Source: Gemmatimonadota bacterium (GTDB lineage Bacteria > Gemmatimonadota > Gemmatimonadetes > Longimicrobiales > Gaopeijiaceae). Taken from it: a stretch of DNA of 64,000 bases. The stretch covers positions 1 to 64,000 of the forward strand of contig JBDHHQ010000027.1 of the NCBI GenBank assembly GCA_039589315.1. Direction: 5' to 3'. The position numbers and the translations under genes were made by a program. This document shows positions 40,445 to 50,940 of the stretch, piece after piece; positions within the stretch are counted from its first letter, which is position 1; every line of letters starts with the position of its first letter. The notes under the pieces are model-generated. The model searched no databases. It was not told the DNA's origin and was given only the letters and a program-made list of their open reading frames with translations.

Positions 40445-41225
40445 GAGTCGTCGCTCTCGTCGCCCAGCCCAAAACGGGCAGCCATCCGGTCCAATACTCG
40501 CCACATCCGAGTAGTCCGAGTGGAAGCGGGCGTACTTCATCGTCATCGTGATGTGCTTGTGCCCCAGCTGCTGCTGGAGCAGGTGAAGGGGCAGCCCGGC
40601 CCTCGGGAGCGCCACTGCGGCGGTGTGCCGGGGGTCGTGGATCCAGGAATCGTGGAGCCCCACCAGCCCGCAAGCTCTCTTGTGTTCGGCCTGGACCACG
40701 CGCCGAGGGGTGGTGAAGACGGGTTCCGTTCCGGACGACCCGGTGCCGTCGACATGAGCCTTGACCGCCGCTGCACCCCAGGGCGGCACGAAGACTGACC
40801 GCACGCCCGACTGGGTCTTGGAGCTTCTGACCGAGACGCGATTCTCCGTGGACCCGAACCGATGGTCGCACATCCGGAGTGCCTCGCCTTCCCCAATCCG
40901 CATCCCAGTTCCCACGAGGAGTTGCATGATCGGCCGGAACAGTCGTCGCAGTGCCGCCATGTACGCGGCGAGCTCGTCCGGCTCCAGGTACCGGATCCGG
41001 TCCTTCGACCCGAACCGCTTGATGCGCGGTCGCTCGTCGATCCAGCTCTGTCCGAGGGCGAACGTCGCGAGTACCGATACCGCTCCGAGGTCGTTGTTCA
41101 CCGTCTCCTTCGCGGCACCGGACGCGAGTCGGGCTGCCTTGAACTCCTGGATCCTGTCTGTGGTCAGGACATCGGCGACGGCCGCGTCATCGCCTCGCCC
41201 GGGCGGCCTTCCACTCCGCTCAGCC
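40445..41225 (-). pseudogene. Tyrosine recombinase/integrase, N-terminally truncated, C-terminal frameshift
   Basis: TGMRIGE, SKT, HDPRHT, LGH..ITMTMKY. N-terminus replaced by an IS3 fragment. Confidence 0.85.
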
Positions 41226-41231
41226 TGTGCC

Positions 41232-41302
41232 AGCCGAAGAAGCCGCACCACGTCGCGATGTACGTGAGATCGGAGACCCAGAGCCGGTTGGGGCAGACGG
41301 CC
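41232..41302 (-). mobile_element. IS3-family transposase fragment
   Basis: Minus strand translates PNRLWVSDLTYIATWCGF. Confidence 0.7.
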
Positions 41303-41358
41303 AGCCGAGGCATCGGTGATCGATCGACCGTGGGGCCGCGTGCAGGTGTTGGACTTCG

Positions 41359-42366
41359 CTACTGCTGAGCCGTCGGCGACCTCTTCAACGTGTCCGACGG
41401 CCGCTCATCGAAGACCTCTCTGTAGAGGCGAGAGAAATCGCCGAAGTGCCAGAAGCCCCAGGCCACCGCCTCCGCCGTGACCGTCGTGGATCCGTATCTA
41501 GCGGCGCGCAACGCCTGACGGACCCGATGCAGCTTGAGGCGGGTCAGGTAGGCCATAGGCGTCATGCCGAGGATCTCACGGAAGGCGTATTGTAGCGTTC
41601 GCTCGCTGACGTGCGCGGCTCTACACAGGTCGGTCACGTACAGACGCTCTCCCAAGTGCGCGATCGCGTGGGCTTCTGCAGCCTTGATGACCTTGCTGTA
41701 CCCTCGCCGGGTCCGGTCTCTGCGTGTGAGGTCGAGGAAAGAGCCCGCGCTGAGGGTCTCCAGGAGCATTTCCAGAATCTGGGCGTGCGCCGTTTCCCGT
41801 GATCGTTCGCTGCCGTTGAACACGGCCGGCCGGCGTCGCGCCATGTCGGTGATCTGCTTGCCGAGCTCGTAGTAGGGACGAGCACCCAACTCACTGGGGA
41901 GTCGCATCTCGATCTTGCTCGGAAACGTGAGCTCATCGCTGCGCTGCCGCACTCGCAGGTGCTCGGCCAAATCACTCGTCGAGATCAGGAAGGTGACGCT
42001 GCTGTATCCCGGCTCGACCACCAGTTCCCCCTCCGCGCCGGGCGGCACTGCCAGCACGACGTCGGGGCGCATCGTCAACCCCTCGATGCTGCCCTTGGCT
42101 CTGGCACCGATGGCAAGGAACGCCATCAAGTCATCCTGCACCTTGGTGCGGGTGCGGAGGCGACGGTTGGTCGAGTGGAAGACCACCACGCCGCCCGTCA
42201 ACCGGACGACCACGCGCAGGGCCTGAAAAGGCTTGTCCTCGAGGTGGACTACGTCTTGGTCAAGGACTTCGATGCCCTCACGAGCGGCCGTCGGGTCCCT
42301 GATGTCAGCGACGGTCACCGCGGGCGGTGACTCGGGCTGGAGCGCTTCGGCACGGCTTTCGAGCAA
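41359..42366 (-). CDS. AraC-family (EutR-like) transcriptional regulator
   Basis: DLCRAAHVSERTLQYAF, WGFWHFGDFSRLYREVFDERPS. Confidence 0.9.
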   Translation of the reverse strand: MLESRAEALQPESPPAVTVADIRDPTAAREGIEVLDQDVVHLEDKPFQALRVVVRLTGGVVVFHSTNRRLRTRTKVQDDLMAFLAIGARAKGSIEGLTMRPDVVLAVPPGAEGELVVEPGYSSVTFLISTSDLAEHLRVRQRSDELTFPSKIEMRLPSELGARPYYELGKQITDMARRRPAVFNGSERSRETAHAQILEMLLETLSAGSFLDLTRRDRTRRGYSKVIKAAEAHAIAHLGERLYVTDLCRAAHVSERTLQYAFREILGMTPMAYLTRLKLHRVRQALRAARYGSTTVTAEAVAWGFWHFGDFSRLYREVFDERPSDTLKRSPTAQQ

Positions 42367-42538
42367 GCGTCACATCCTGCGGAATTCCGATAGAGGAGGC
42401 CGAAAATCCACACTAACCTTTGGGACACGCACTGGAAACGGTCCACTTCGACGCCACCTGGGTCGCCTGATGATCGTGGGTCATCTATGGCTCGATGCGC
42501 TGGGCAGTTCCGCGACATGACGCCGTCAGGAGGATCCT

Positions 42539-43111
42539 ATGACCGGCCGTGTACCTGCTGCACTGTTCTGTTCAACCCTCCTTTTCACGACACCCATCCA
42601 AGCGCAGCTGCGGGGTGGCAGCACCTCGTTTGGGCTGTCCGGCGGAGCCTCCTCAAGCCAGCTAAGCGGGGGCAGCATCAACACGGACTTCCGATGGGGG
42701 GTTATGGCGGGCGCCTACGCGAGCTTCCGACCCAGCCGCAACACCGTGACGGCGCTCGAGGCGAATTGGGTCCAGAAGGGCGGCGGCGATACGCGACTCG
42801 ACTACATCGAAGTCCCCTTCACCGTCGGAGCCGCCGGTCCGCTGGGTGGCAGTGAATGGGCGGGCCGCCTCTACACCGGCATCGGCATCGGCTTCAAGGT
42901 GTCGTGTAGCTCGGACGCGACCCTACTCGACTGCGACAACGCGAATAGCACCGAGTGGGCCTGGCCCTTCGGCCTCATGGTCAGCCGGTTCGGCAGCTCC
43001 GGTCGCCCGGTTGGCTTCGACCTCCGCTACTCCGTGGGACTGTCTGACGTTTCCGCGGCGTTCGCTCAGAACCGCGCCTGGCAGATGCGAGTCTTCTTAG
43101 GCGTCGGATGA
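42539..43111 (+). CDS. Outer-membrane beta-barrel protein (PorT-like)
   Basis: Signal peptide, EANWVQKGG, LDYIEVP, DLRYSVGL. Confidence 0.75.
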   Translation: MTGRVPAALFCSTLLFTTPIQAQLRGGSTSFGLSGGASSSQLSGGSINTDFRWGVMAGAYASFRPSRNTVTALEANWVQKGGGDTRLDYIEVPFTVGAAGPLGGSEWAGRLYTGIGIGFKVSCSSDATLLDCDNANSTEWAWPFGLMVSRFGSSGRPVGFDLRYSVGLSDVSAAFAQNRAWQMRVFLGVG

Positions 43112-44361
43112 CGATGTCGATGGAGCCATTCGTGGGGCTGTGTCCGGCGGAGCGGTCCCGACCGACTGGCGAGGCGACTCGCGTCGTAGGGTCTCTGATC
43201 CTCGCGTTCGCCCTGTCAGGGTCGGAGGCGCGAGCTCAGGACACGGAGCGGCGACCGGACGAAGCGGCTCGGCAGGAGCCGACCGTGGAAGACGTACTCG
43301 GCGGAATCGACGTGTATGGTCGCTTCCTGGCACACCTGGCCGCCTACAACGAACAGGCGGAGATGCAAGGCAACGGGTCGCGGTTGGGTGCCAGCGTGTC
43401 GATCGGTGACGATATCCACTTCATCGCGGGCATCGAGCTTGGAGTCAGCTTGATTCAGGCGACCCAGTTCAACGCGGGTGCCGCGACGAGCGGAAGCGCC
43501 TTCAGCCTCAGGGAGGAATCCGAAGAGACCTTCGGGACCCGGCTGGGTTTCCTGGGCACAGACTTCGGCAGTGCTGGAACGTTGACGCTGGGCAAGCAGC
43601 GAGCGGTCCACTACGACATCGCACGGTACACGACCGACCAGTTCAACGTCTTCGGCGGTCAAGGCAGCCAAACGTATACCGCCGGAACCGACGGCGGGAC
43701 TTTGGGCACGGGTCGCGTCGATTCCGCCCTGCAGTACCGGGTTCAGCTCGACCGCATTCGACTCGGAGGACAGCTGCAGTTTCGTACCGCTTCAGGTGAC
43801 AACTTCCTGGATGGCTTTGGTCTCGCCGCTACGGTTGACGTCACGGAGGGTCTTTCACTCGGCGGCGCCTACACACGAGCGATCATCGAGGAAGCGCTCA
43901 TCGAAGAGTCTCCCGGGCTGGACGGGGATGCCGAGTTCGGCATCCTGGGCGCCCGGTACGACTCGGATTCGTTCGAAGCCGGCGTCGTGGTTTCGACGCA
44001 ATCGAACGGCGACGTGGCCCGCCTTCCTGATGACGACGAGGACCCCGAAAGTTTTCTGCCGGTCTTCTTCGGAGCCAGTGGCTTCGAGGTCTTCGGGAAG
44101 GTGAAGCCCGGACAGTTCGCACTGCTCGGCGGCTTCGTCTACAACGAGCCAAGAGACCCGCTGGACCCGGTGCTGTCCCAGGACTTCGTTACGCGATACG
44201 CCATCCTGGGCGGTGAGTACTGGTTCCGCCCCAACACGGCCGTCTACGCCGAATGGCGTCTCGATGACAGCGTGAACGTCGATGACACCGAAGGCTTCGA
44301 CGTCCTCACCGTGGGGTTTCTTTACGGCTTCAGCTTTCGCGGCACAACGAAGGTCTACTGA
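43108..44361 (+). CDS. Porin
   Basis: GSRLG, RLGFLG..GTLTLGKQ, GTGRVDSALQYR. Confidence 0.8.
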   Translation: MTMSMEPFVGLCPAERSRPTGEATRVVGSLILAFALSGSEARAQDTERRPDEAARQEPTVEDVLGGIDVYGRFLAHLAAYNEQAEMQGNGSRLGASVSIGDDIHFIAGIELGVSLIQATQFNAGAATSGSAFSLREESEETFGTRLGFLGTDFGSAGTLTLGKQRAVHYDIARYTTDQFNVFGGQGSQTYTAGTDGGTLGTGRVDSALQYRVQLDRIRLGGQLQFRTASGDNFLDGFGLAATVDVTEGLSLGGAYTRAIIEEALIEESPGLDGDAEFGILGARYDSDSFEAGVVVSTQSNGDVARLPDDDEDPESFLPVFFGASGFEVFGKVKPGQFALLGGFVYNEPRDPLDPVLSQDFVTRYAILGGEYWFRPNTAVYAEWRLDDSVNVDDTEGFDVLTVGFLYGFSFRGTTKVY

Positions 44362-44409
44362 CACTAGGCAGCGTCCGCCTTTGCGGGAGATCTGCCTGGA
44401 GAGTTGCTC

Positions 44410-46263
44410 ATGAACAGCGTCCACGACTCGGCCAGGATCCGGACGATCACCGACTGGCCCAAGATCGCCCATCTGTTGCCGATCTTCTGGCCCCTCCTGA
44501 CGCTGGGCACGGGGATCGATGCTCAGCAGGTCCCCGGCGCCGCCGGCCGCCCGAACGTCGTCATCATCCTCGCCGACGACATGGGGTTCGCCGACTTGGG
44601 TTCCTTCGGCAGCGAGATCCCTACTCCGAACCTCGACGCCTTGGCGGAAGAGGGCATGCGGTTCACGCAGTTCTACACACACGGGAGCTGCTCTCCAACG
44701 AGATCCATGTTGCTATCGGGTGTCGACAATCACCTGAACGGGTTGGGGAACATGGACGAGTGGACCGCGCCGAACCAAATGGGACAGCCGGGCTACGAGG
44801 GATATCTCAACCGTGGGGTGGTAACCTTGCCGGAGCTTCTCGCGGAAGCCGGATACCACACCTACATGACCGGCAAGTGGCACATGGGGAAGGCGCCGCA
44901 CCTGATTCCGGCCGCTCGTGGCTTCGAACGGGATTTCAGCCTGCTCGACGGTGCGGGAAGCTACTGGGACATGACCAACTTCACGGCTTTCACGCCCCGC
45001 TCCGTCTTCACCGAGGACGGACGCTATTTGACCCAGCTGCCCGACGACTACTTCGCGACGCGGACCTACACGGACAAGATGATCGACTTCATCGAGTCTA
45101 ATCGTGGGGACGGCAAGCCCTTCTTCGCATATCTGGCTCATCAGGCCCCGCACGATCCCTACCACCTGCCTGCGTCGTGGCGAGAGCGTCACGTGGGTGA
45201 GTACGACAGGGGGTGGGACGCAACGCGTGACGCCCGCCTCGAGCGCCAGGTGGAGCTCGGCATTATGCCTTCGGGCACCGAGCTCGCCGAGCGCATGTGG
45301 TTCGTTCCAGACCCGATCGCGCTCGCCCCCGCTGCGCGGGCGCTCCTGGGCATGAAGATGGAGCTTTACGCGGGCATGATGGAGAATCTGGATCATCACG
45401 TGGGCCGGCTGGTGGACTTCCTGAAGGGAATCGGGCAGTACGAGAACACCGTCTTTCTGGTGTTCGGCGACAACGGTGCCGAGGGTGCCGACCTATTCGA
45501 GATGATCGCCGGCACACCAGGTACGCTCAACTATCTCTTCGCGGCGGCGAACTGGTCCCAGACCCATCCTAACGCCTGGGGCGATCCGGGTTCCTACGTC
45601 GGCTACGGACCCATGTGGGCCCAGGTCTCGATGACCCCGTTTAGCCAATACAAGGGATGGCTCGCGGAGGGCGGCATCCGAAACGCGCTGATCGTCAGCG
45701 GACCGGTCGTCGGACGACCGCCAGGAAGCATCAACGACGCCGTCATGCACGTCGCCGACATCATGCCCACCCTCCTGGACGTCGCGGGCACGAGCTACCC
45801 GGACTCGCGAGACGGGACCGAGCTGCCTGCTCTCATGGGTCACTCGTGGGTCGGCCTGCTGTCGGGTGCCGAGGAAGCCATACGGAGCGACGAGGACTAT
45901 GTGGGATGGGAGCTCTTCGGGAATCGTGCCCTGCGGCAGGGCGACTGGAAGATCCGTTGGCAGTACAGGTCGTACGGCACGGAGGATTGGGAGCTCTTCA
46001 ACCTCAGGAACGACCCCGCGGAGCGCCACGACCTCTCCGAGGAACAGCCGGACAAGGTCCAGGCCATGTTGGCCCTTTGGGACGAGTACGTCCTGGCGAA
46101 CAACGTCGTTCTGCCAACCCGGTCGGTCTACGAGGGGCTGGAGGACCAACTGCCCGAGCGGTTCCCAGTCGAAGCGGGCTTTCCGCCGCTCCTCTACAAG
46201 AGGCAGTTTGTGCCCCCTCCGGAGATGACCGGTCCGCCACGGTCGGGCGGAGAGGGTCGATGA
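44410..46263 (+). CDS. Arylsulfatase (Cys-type)
   Basis: PNVVIILADDMGF, CSPTR, GKWHMG, APHDP, GDNG, EGGIR. Confidence 0.93.
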   Translation: MNSVHDSARIRTITDWPKIAHLLPIFWPLLTLGTGIDAQQVPGAAGRPNVVIILADDMGFADLGSFGSEIPTPNLDALAEEGMRFTQFYTHGSCSPTRSMLLSGVDNHLNGLGNMDEWTAPNQMGQPGYEGYLNRGVVTLPELLAEAGYHTYMTGKWHMGKAPHLIPAARGFERDFSLLDGAGSYWDMTNFTAFTPRSVFTEDGRYLTQLPDDYFATRTYTDKMIDFIESNRGDGKPFFAYLAHQAPHDPYHLPASWRERHVGEYDRGWDATRDARLERQVELGIMPSGTELAERMWFVPDPIALAPAARALLGMKMELYAGMMENLDHHVGRLVDFLKGIGQYENTVFLVFGDNGAEGADLFEMIAGTPGTLNYLFAAANWSQTHPNAWGDPGSYVGYGPMWAQVSMTPFSQYKGWLAEGGIRNALIVSGPVVGRPPGSINDAVMHVADIMPTLLDVAGTSYPDSRDGTELPALMGHSWVGLLSGAEEAIRSDEDYVGWELFGNRALRQGDWKIRWQYRSYGTEDWELFNLRNDPAERHDLSEEQPDKVQAMLALWDEYVLANNVVLPTRSVYEGLEDQLPERFPVEAGFPPLLYKRQFVPPPEMTGPPRSGGEGR

Positions 46264-47261
46264 GTGCGGACGTCCGGCTCATGGGAGTTTCGTCTCGCCG
46301 GTGGCTGTCTGTTTCACTCGCGGCGCTCTTCGTGACTCTGCTGGCCTCGTCCGTTTCTGCCCAACTGCCGGCGCGCTTCTACTGGAAGACCCTCGTAGGC
46401 ACCAACGCAGTCCCGGTCTTGGGCATGTCGCTGAGCGGTAACGCGAGTCCGCTTGATCCGGCGCACACCGTGTTACCGGACGCCTCCGTCAGCGCGACGA
46501 TGGTGGTTGCCGGATATGGCAAAGTGCTCCCCGTGGTCGGGCGCTCGGGTCTCCTTGCCGTGCTGGTTCCGATGGGGAGAGTGTCCGGCGACGTGACCCT
46601 CGGCGCGCTGGAATCCAACCAGGACGCCAGCGGCTTCGGGGATCCACTCGTGGAGCTCGCTGTGAACGTGATCGGCCCCAAGCCGATCCGAAACATCCCC
46701 GACTTGCTGCGATACGAACCCGGGTTCTCCCTGGATCTGATCGCCGATGTCGCGATACCACTCGGCGAGTACGACAACGAACAGCCTCTCAACATTGGTC
46801 AGAACCGTTGGTATGGTCGGGTCGGGGCACCCATCGTCTGGCAGCTGGGTGCATGGGTGCCCGGCCGTCGCACCACTCTGGAGTTCCTCCCCTCACTCTG
46901 GCTGTTCGGGAGCAACGACGACTTCGTCGGTCGCGAGCTCGAGACCGATCCCATGTTCCAGGTCGAGGGCCATGTGACGCGAGATCTCACGAGTGGCCTG
47001 TGGGCCGCCTTCGACGCGACCTGGATCACCGGTGGGAAGTCCACGATCGACGGGGTCGAGGGCGAGGAGCTCAACAACATCGGGGTCGGGTTCACGCTCG
47101 GGTACCAAATCAACGAACACCTGCAGCTCACGACGGGCTATCTGGCGACGGTGAACGCCAGTGCCTCTGACGATCTCCGGTTGGACAACTTTCGGCTCTC
47201 GCTCGTATATGGCTGGCACTCGCTGATCGAGGGGATTGAGCGACTCGGAGAAGGGCAGTGA
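46260..47261 (+). CDS. Outer-membrane channel, phenol-MetA-degradation-like
   Basis: SGFGDP, PLGEYD...NIGQNRW, EGHVTRD. ATGA overlap with the sulfatase. Confidence 0.78.
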   Translation: MSADVRLMGVSSRRWLSVSLAALFVTLLASSVSAQLPARFYWKTLVGTNAVPVLGMSLSGNASPLDPAHTVLPDASVSATMVVAGYGKVLPVVGRSGLLAVLVPMGRVSGDVTLGALESNQDASGFGDPLVELAVNVIGPKPIRNIPDLLRYEPGFSLDLIADVAIPLGEYDNEQPLNIGQNRWYGRVGAPIVWQLGAWVPGRRTTLEFLPSLWLFGSNDDFVGRELETDPMFQVEGHVTRDLTSGLWAAFDATWITGGKSTIDGVEGEELNNIGVGFTLGYQINEHLQLTTGYLATVNASASDDLRLDNFRLSLVYGWHSLIEGIERLGEGQ

Positions 47262-47510
47262 TCGCCCGGGGAGAGGAGACGCTAATCGGTGCCGTAGCGC
47301 GGCAGGAGGGTCAAACGATCCTCTCCGGCGCCGAAGCGGGAAGAGGTTGGAGCATGGTCATCTCAGACGATCACATGGCTTTGTCCCTGACCATGACGGA
47401 GGACGGAACGGGGTTCGTTGTTTTTGGAGCCTGCATTCCGACCGACCAAACGTCGCCGTCGGGGCTGTCATCCCGAAAGGGTTCATGGCCTGAAGGCGAT
47501 AGCACGACTC

Positions 47511-47540
47511 TTGACCTATGACGGGGGGCGTGCTATCCAT
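47511..47540 (+). promoter_or_regulatory. Candidate sigma70 promoter for higBA (possibly leaderless)
   Basis: TTGACC-N17-TATCCA, 5 nt before the ATG. Confidence 0.45.
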
Positions 47541-47544
47541 TTCC

Positions 47545-47829
47545 ATGGAGATCAAGGGCCGTGGGACCCGGGACATCTATGAAGGCGCCGACACGAAGAC
47601 GGCACGCAAGACGCTGCCTCGGGAGCTATGGAGCAACGCTCGTCGCAAGCTGGACCGGTTGTACCACGCTAAGAGCCTGAACGATCTCCGGTGGCCCGGC
47701 GGGAAGCTGGAGGCCTTGAAAGGAGAACGGAAGGGGCAGCATTCGATCAGGATCAACGACCAATACCGGATCTGTTTCGTGTGGACGCGTGAAGGAGCGA
47801 AGGAGGTCGAAATGACGGACTACCACTAA
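47545..47829 (+). CDS. higB: HigB-family toxin
   Basis: ARRKL, LEALKGERKGQHSIRINDQYRICF..DYH. Confidence 0.92.
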   Translation: MEIKGRGTRDIYEGADTKTARKTLPRELWSNARRKLDRLYHAKSLNDLRWPGGKLEALKGERKGQHSIRINDQYRICFVWTREGAKEVEMTDYH

Positions 47830-47888
47830 TCGAACGGGACATGGAGGAACACACCTAGGGACCCCAACCTAGGACAAGGGAGCAAGCG

Positions 47889-48209
47889 ATGAAGACGACC
47901 GAAGCCGGTCTACCCCAGCACCGTCCACCCACTCATCCGGGTGAGATGCTACTCGAGGAGTTCTTGAAGCCAGCAGGAATCAGCCAGTCCGAGCTCGCGC
48001 GAGAGATCGGAGTGTCGTTCCAGCGGGTAAACGCGCTATGCAACCAGCGTCGCGAGATGACGCCCGACACGGCGCTTCGTTTGGCGAAGGTGTTCGGCAC
48101 GTCGCCGGAGTTCTGGATGGGCCTACAGGCGAGCTGGGACCTATGGCACGCGATGCGCGCACCGGAAGCGAAGGACCATGAACGAATTAGGCAGCTACGG
48201 CCAGCCTGA
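47889..48209 (+). CDS. higA: HigA-family antitoxin
   Basis: PTHPGEMLLEEFL, TPDTALRLAKVFGTSPEFWMGLQ. Confidence 0.93.
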   Translation: MKTTEAGLPQHRPPTHPGEMLLEEFLKPAGISQSELAREIGVSFQRVNALCNQRREMTPDTALRLAKVFGTSPEFWMGLQASWDLWHAMRAPEAKDHERIRQLRPA

Positions 48210-48254
48210 ACGGGAGCGTTCAATGGCTACGCAGGTTCATCATGTCGTTTGCTG

Positions 48255-48366
48255 TTGCCAACGTTTTGCCAACGCTCCGTGAGAACAGACGCAACCAGAC
48301 GCAATAAGCCTGAGGGAACTTGAAACCGGCGGGCGCAAGCCCACGTGGGTTCGAGCCGAGCGGCCG
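48255..48366 (+). mobile_element. tRNA-Ser 3'-half repeat, copy 6 (shortened arm; breaks off 12 nt into the T-loop insertion)
   Basis: TTGCCAACGTTTTGCCAACG..CAGACGCA x2..CTTGAAACCGGCGGGCGCAAGCCCACGTGGGTTCGAGCCGAGCGGCCG. Confidence 0.85.
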
Positions 48367-48585
48367 GGTAGGTATCGGATGCGGGAATGGGCGCCGGATC
48401 CCGAACCCCCGGAGCCGTGCATTGGGGCGAATGGGGGAAGGGCAGATTGGCCGGGGACGCTGCTCAGTCGTGCAGGGACTGCTCGGACACGGGGCCCCGC
48501 GGGAAGTGTGGTCCCGGGATCGGGTCGATCTCCGAGTGAATGGACCTGGCCCTGGCCTCGCGCTCGGACGTGCCGAGCAGGCGCG

Positions 48586-50940
48586 TCAGTTGATGCGCTG
48601 ACGAAGCTCGATCGCTTTACTGCGCGCCGCCTCGACGCCCGGCTGGAACTCCGGATCGGCGTCCTTCCACAGCTCGGCAAAACGCTCGTACCAGCCGGCG
48701 GAGCCCTCGAGATTCCCGAGCTGCTCGTTGATCTCGGCGAGTCGGAGGAGGGCCGGCGGAAACCGGTAGCCGTCGCCCCGCAGCCGATCAATCTCGGTGC
48801 GGGTCACGTATTCCTCGTACTCCCGGGCGGCGGACTCGAGGTCACCCTGTGCCTCGTACAGCTGGCCGAGGGCGTATCGCACCCGCATCCGGCACAGGCC
48901 CGAACAGTCCAGCTTGAGAGGCCGAAGCTCGTCGATTCCCCTTTCGGTGTCTCCCCCCGTGGCAGCCAGCAAGGCAGCGACCTCCCTGGGGTCCTCCTGC
49001 TCGAGGCCGCCCCAGTATTGCTCCGGGACCTCTTCCAGAAACTCCGCGTAGAGGGAGTCCGCCATGTCCGGCAGCCCGAGGTCCAAGAGGGCACGGGCCA
49101 TGAACAGGTAGGAGCGGTCGAGTGGGTCCATCTCGTGGAGGGGGAACTCCTCCATGGCCTGCGCGAGGTGGGCGTGGGCACGCGCCGTGTCCTGGTAATA
49201 CGTGGCGATCGAAATGGCCCTTATGGCTTCGCCGTTCAGGGCCCAGCGATCCAGACCCACGGCTTCGCTGGAGCGAACGAACTCGCGTCCGAAGACGTCC
49301 GCATCGGTGAGTCGTCCGTTGATCATGCCGATGATCCAATGCCCCGCGTTGCCGTAGAAGCGGGCCAACGGATTGCGGGGGAATTCCTCGACGAGGACCT
49401 CGAACAGGGAGTCCGCAGCTTCGTACGCGCCGGCAGCGAATGCCACCCAGCCCGGATACATCCAGGCCGAGTACGACTCCGGAAAGACCCCCTTCCACTC
49501 GGCCAACGTGGCCTCGACCTCCTCTCGCTTCTCCAGCAGGAAGAGCGTACCAGCCAGATTGCTGTAGTTGGTGCTGCTCGCGTCCGTCTCGATCGCCAGC
49601 CGGTACGCCCGCTCGGCATCGGCGTACTTGCCCGAACGGTTGTAGACGTTGCCCAGATTGTTGAGCGCCACGTGGTTGGTGGGATCGAGCTCCAATACGT
49701 TCTCGTAGCCGCGCGAGGCCGCGTCCAGATCTCCCACCACGAGATGGAAGTACGTGGCGTCCGCTACGAAGCGCTCTACAGGCGGTAGGCGGTCACGCAG
49801 CTCGTACGCGCGTGTGTAGGCCTCGACCTGCTCGCTACGGCTTCCAAAGGTGTTGCCGAGCTGGACGCCCAGCTTCCGATGGGCCATGGCAAAATCCGGG
49901 TCGACGCGCGTCGCCTCCCGGTACAGGTCCACCGCACGGATGGCGTCCCCGCGTCGCTCCACGTCGTATGCCTGTGTGTACAGGCGCAGCGCCTCGAGTG
50001 ACGAGGTCGTGACCTGGCTCAGCGGCGGGTCGGCGGCGATCGACCCGAGGGGCTCTCCAGCCTTGTCACGGATGGCGCGCCCAAGCCGGTCGATGGCCTC
50101 CACAAGGCGGGTCGTGTCGGGCACGGTCTCGCGGAACGACGCCAGCACTTGGCCCGTCGACGCGTCGACCAGTCGAGCAGTCATGACGGACCGTCCGCCC
50201 AGCGGAGCCACGTCCCCGGTGAGCACAGCCTTCAATCCCTCCCGGACCGCCAGCTCGGTGGCGAGCTCTTCGTCGAGACCACCCGAAGGGTCTCGCTCCA
50301 TGCGCTCGAGCGCGCTTCTCAGTGGTGTCGGCTGCATCAACCGGATCATGGGTGACCGGTCCAGGCTCAACCGCAGCGCCTCGGTGACGAGCTCGGAGGG
50401 CACACTCGGCTGGCTGCTCGCGAAGTCGGCGAGGACGACGAGCTCGCCCTCCTCGAACACACCCTGTGCGACGAGCGTCCCCGGATCCCCGATTCCCAGG
50501 GCGCGCATGCTCAGGTAACTGGTCCCGATCACCCCAAGGAGAGCGAAGGCGAGCACGCCGCCCAGCATGGCGCGGTTCCACGTGAGGAGCCGTGCGAGTC
50601 GCTCGTAGGAAGGGTGGCCTTCGAAGCTCGCGAACGCCCTCGGGGAGGACTCTATCGCGGGCGCTGTTTCCTCCTCGGGGACTTCGGGTTCGCCATCGTC
50701 GAGCGGTTCGGCTGCGGCAGCCCCCGGCCCCTCCTGAACGAACGCCGTGGCAACTACCAGCGGGAGGCCGAGCAGCAGCACGAGCATGGCTCCGGTGAAC
50801 GTCCAATCGGGCAGCAGACCGCGCTCGATGAACGTGTCGATGACCTCGAGGACCGCCCAGCCGGCGCCGAGGAAGATCAACGTGACCTGCCAGATCGAGC
50901 GTCGGTGGAACTCTTGGATGATGGCTCGAATCTGATTCAT
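48586..50940 (-). CDS. Membrane-anchored TPR protein
   Basis: N-terminal EFHRRSIWQV TM hairpin, VTTSSLEALRLY, TPRs, 'LWKDADPEFQP' C-terminus. Confidence 0.82.
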   Translation of the reverse strand: MNQIRAIIQEFHRRSIWQVTLIFLGAGWAVLEVIDTFIERGLLPDWTFTGAMLVLLLGLPLVVATAFVQEGPGAAAAEPLDDGEPEVPEEETAPAIESSPRAFASFEGHPSYERLARLLTWNRAMLGGVLAFALLGVIGTSYLSMRALGIGDPGTLVAQGVFEEGELVVLADFASSQPSVPSELVTEALRLSLDRSPMIRLMQPTPLRSALERMERDPSGGLDEELATELAVREGLKAVLTGDVAPLGGRSVMTARLVDASTGQVLASFRETVPDTTRLVEAIDRLGRAIRDKAGEPLGSIAADPPLSQVTTSSLEALRLYTQAYDVERRGDAIRAVDLYREATRVDPDFAMAHRKLGVQLGNTFGSRSEQVEAYTRAYELRDRLPPVERFVADATYFHLVVGDLDAASRGYENVLELDPTNHVALNNLGNVYNRSGKYADAERAYRLAIETDASSTNYSNLAGTLFLLEKREEVEATLAEWKGVFPESYSAWMYPGWVAFAAGAYEAADSLFEVLVEEFPRNPLARFYGNAGHWIIGMINGRLTDADVFGREFVRSSEAVGLDRWALNGEAIRAISIATYYQDTARAHAHLAQAMEEFPLHEMDPLDRSYLFMARALLDLGLPDMADSLYAEFLEEVPEQYWGGLEQEDPREVAALLAATGGDTERGIDELRPLKLDCSGLCRMRVRYALGQLYEAQGDLESAAREYEEYVTRTEIDRLRGDGYRFPPALLRLAEINEQLGNLEGSAGWYERFAELWKDADPEFQPGVEAARSKAIELRQRIN

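Noticed and set aside
48379..49788. Long ORFs antisense or in shifted frames over real genes (e.g. 48379-49788, 58050-59516, 54539-56074, 61737-63032, 10695-11690)
   Set aside because: Shadow ORFs typical of high-GC DNA, with no recognisable motifs.
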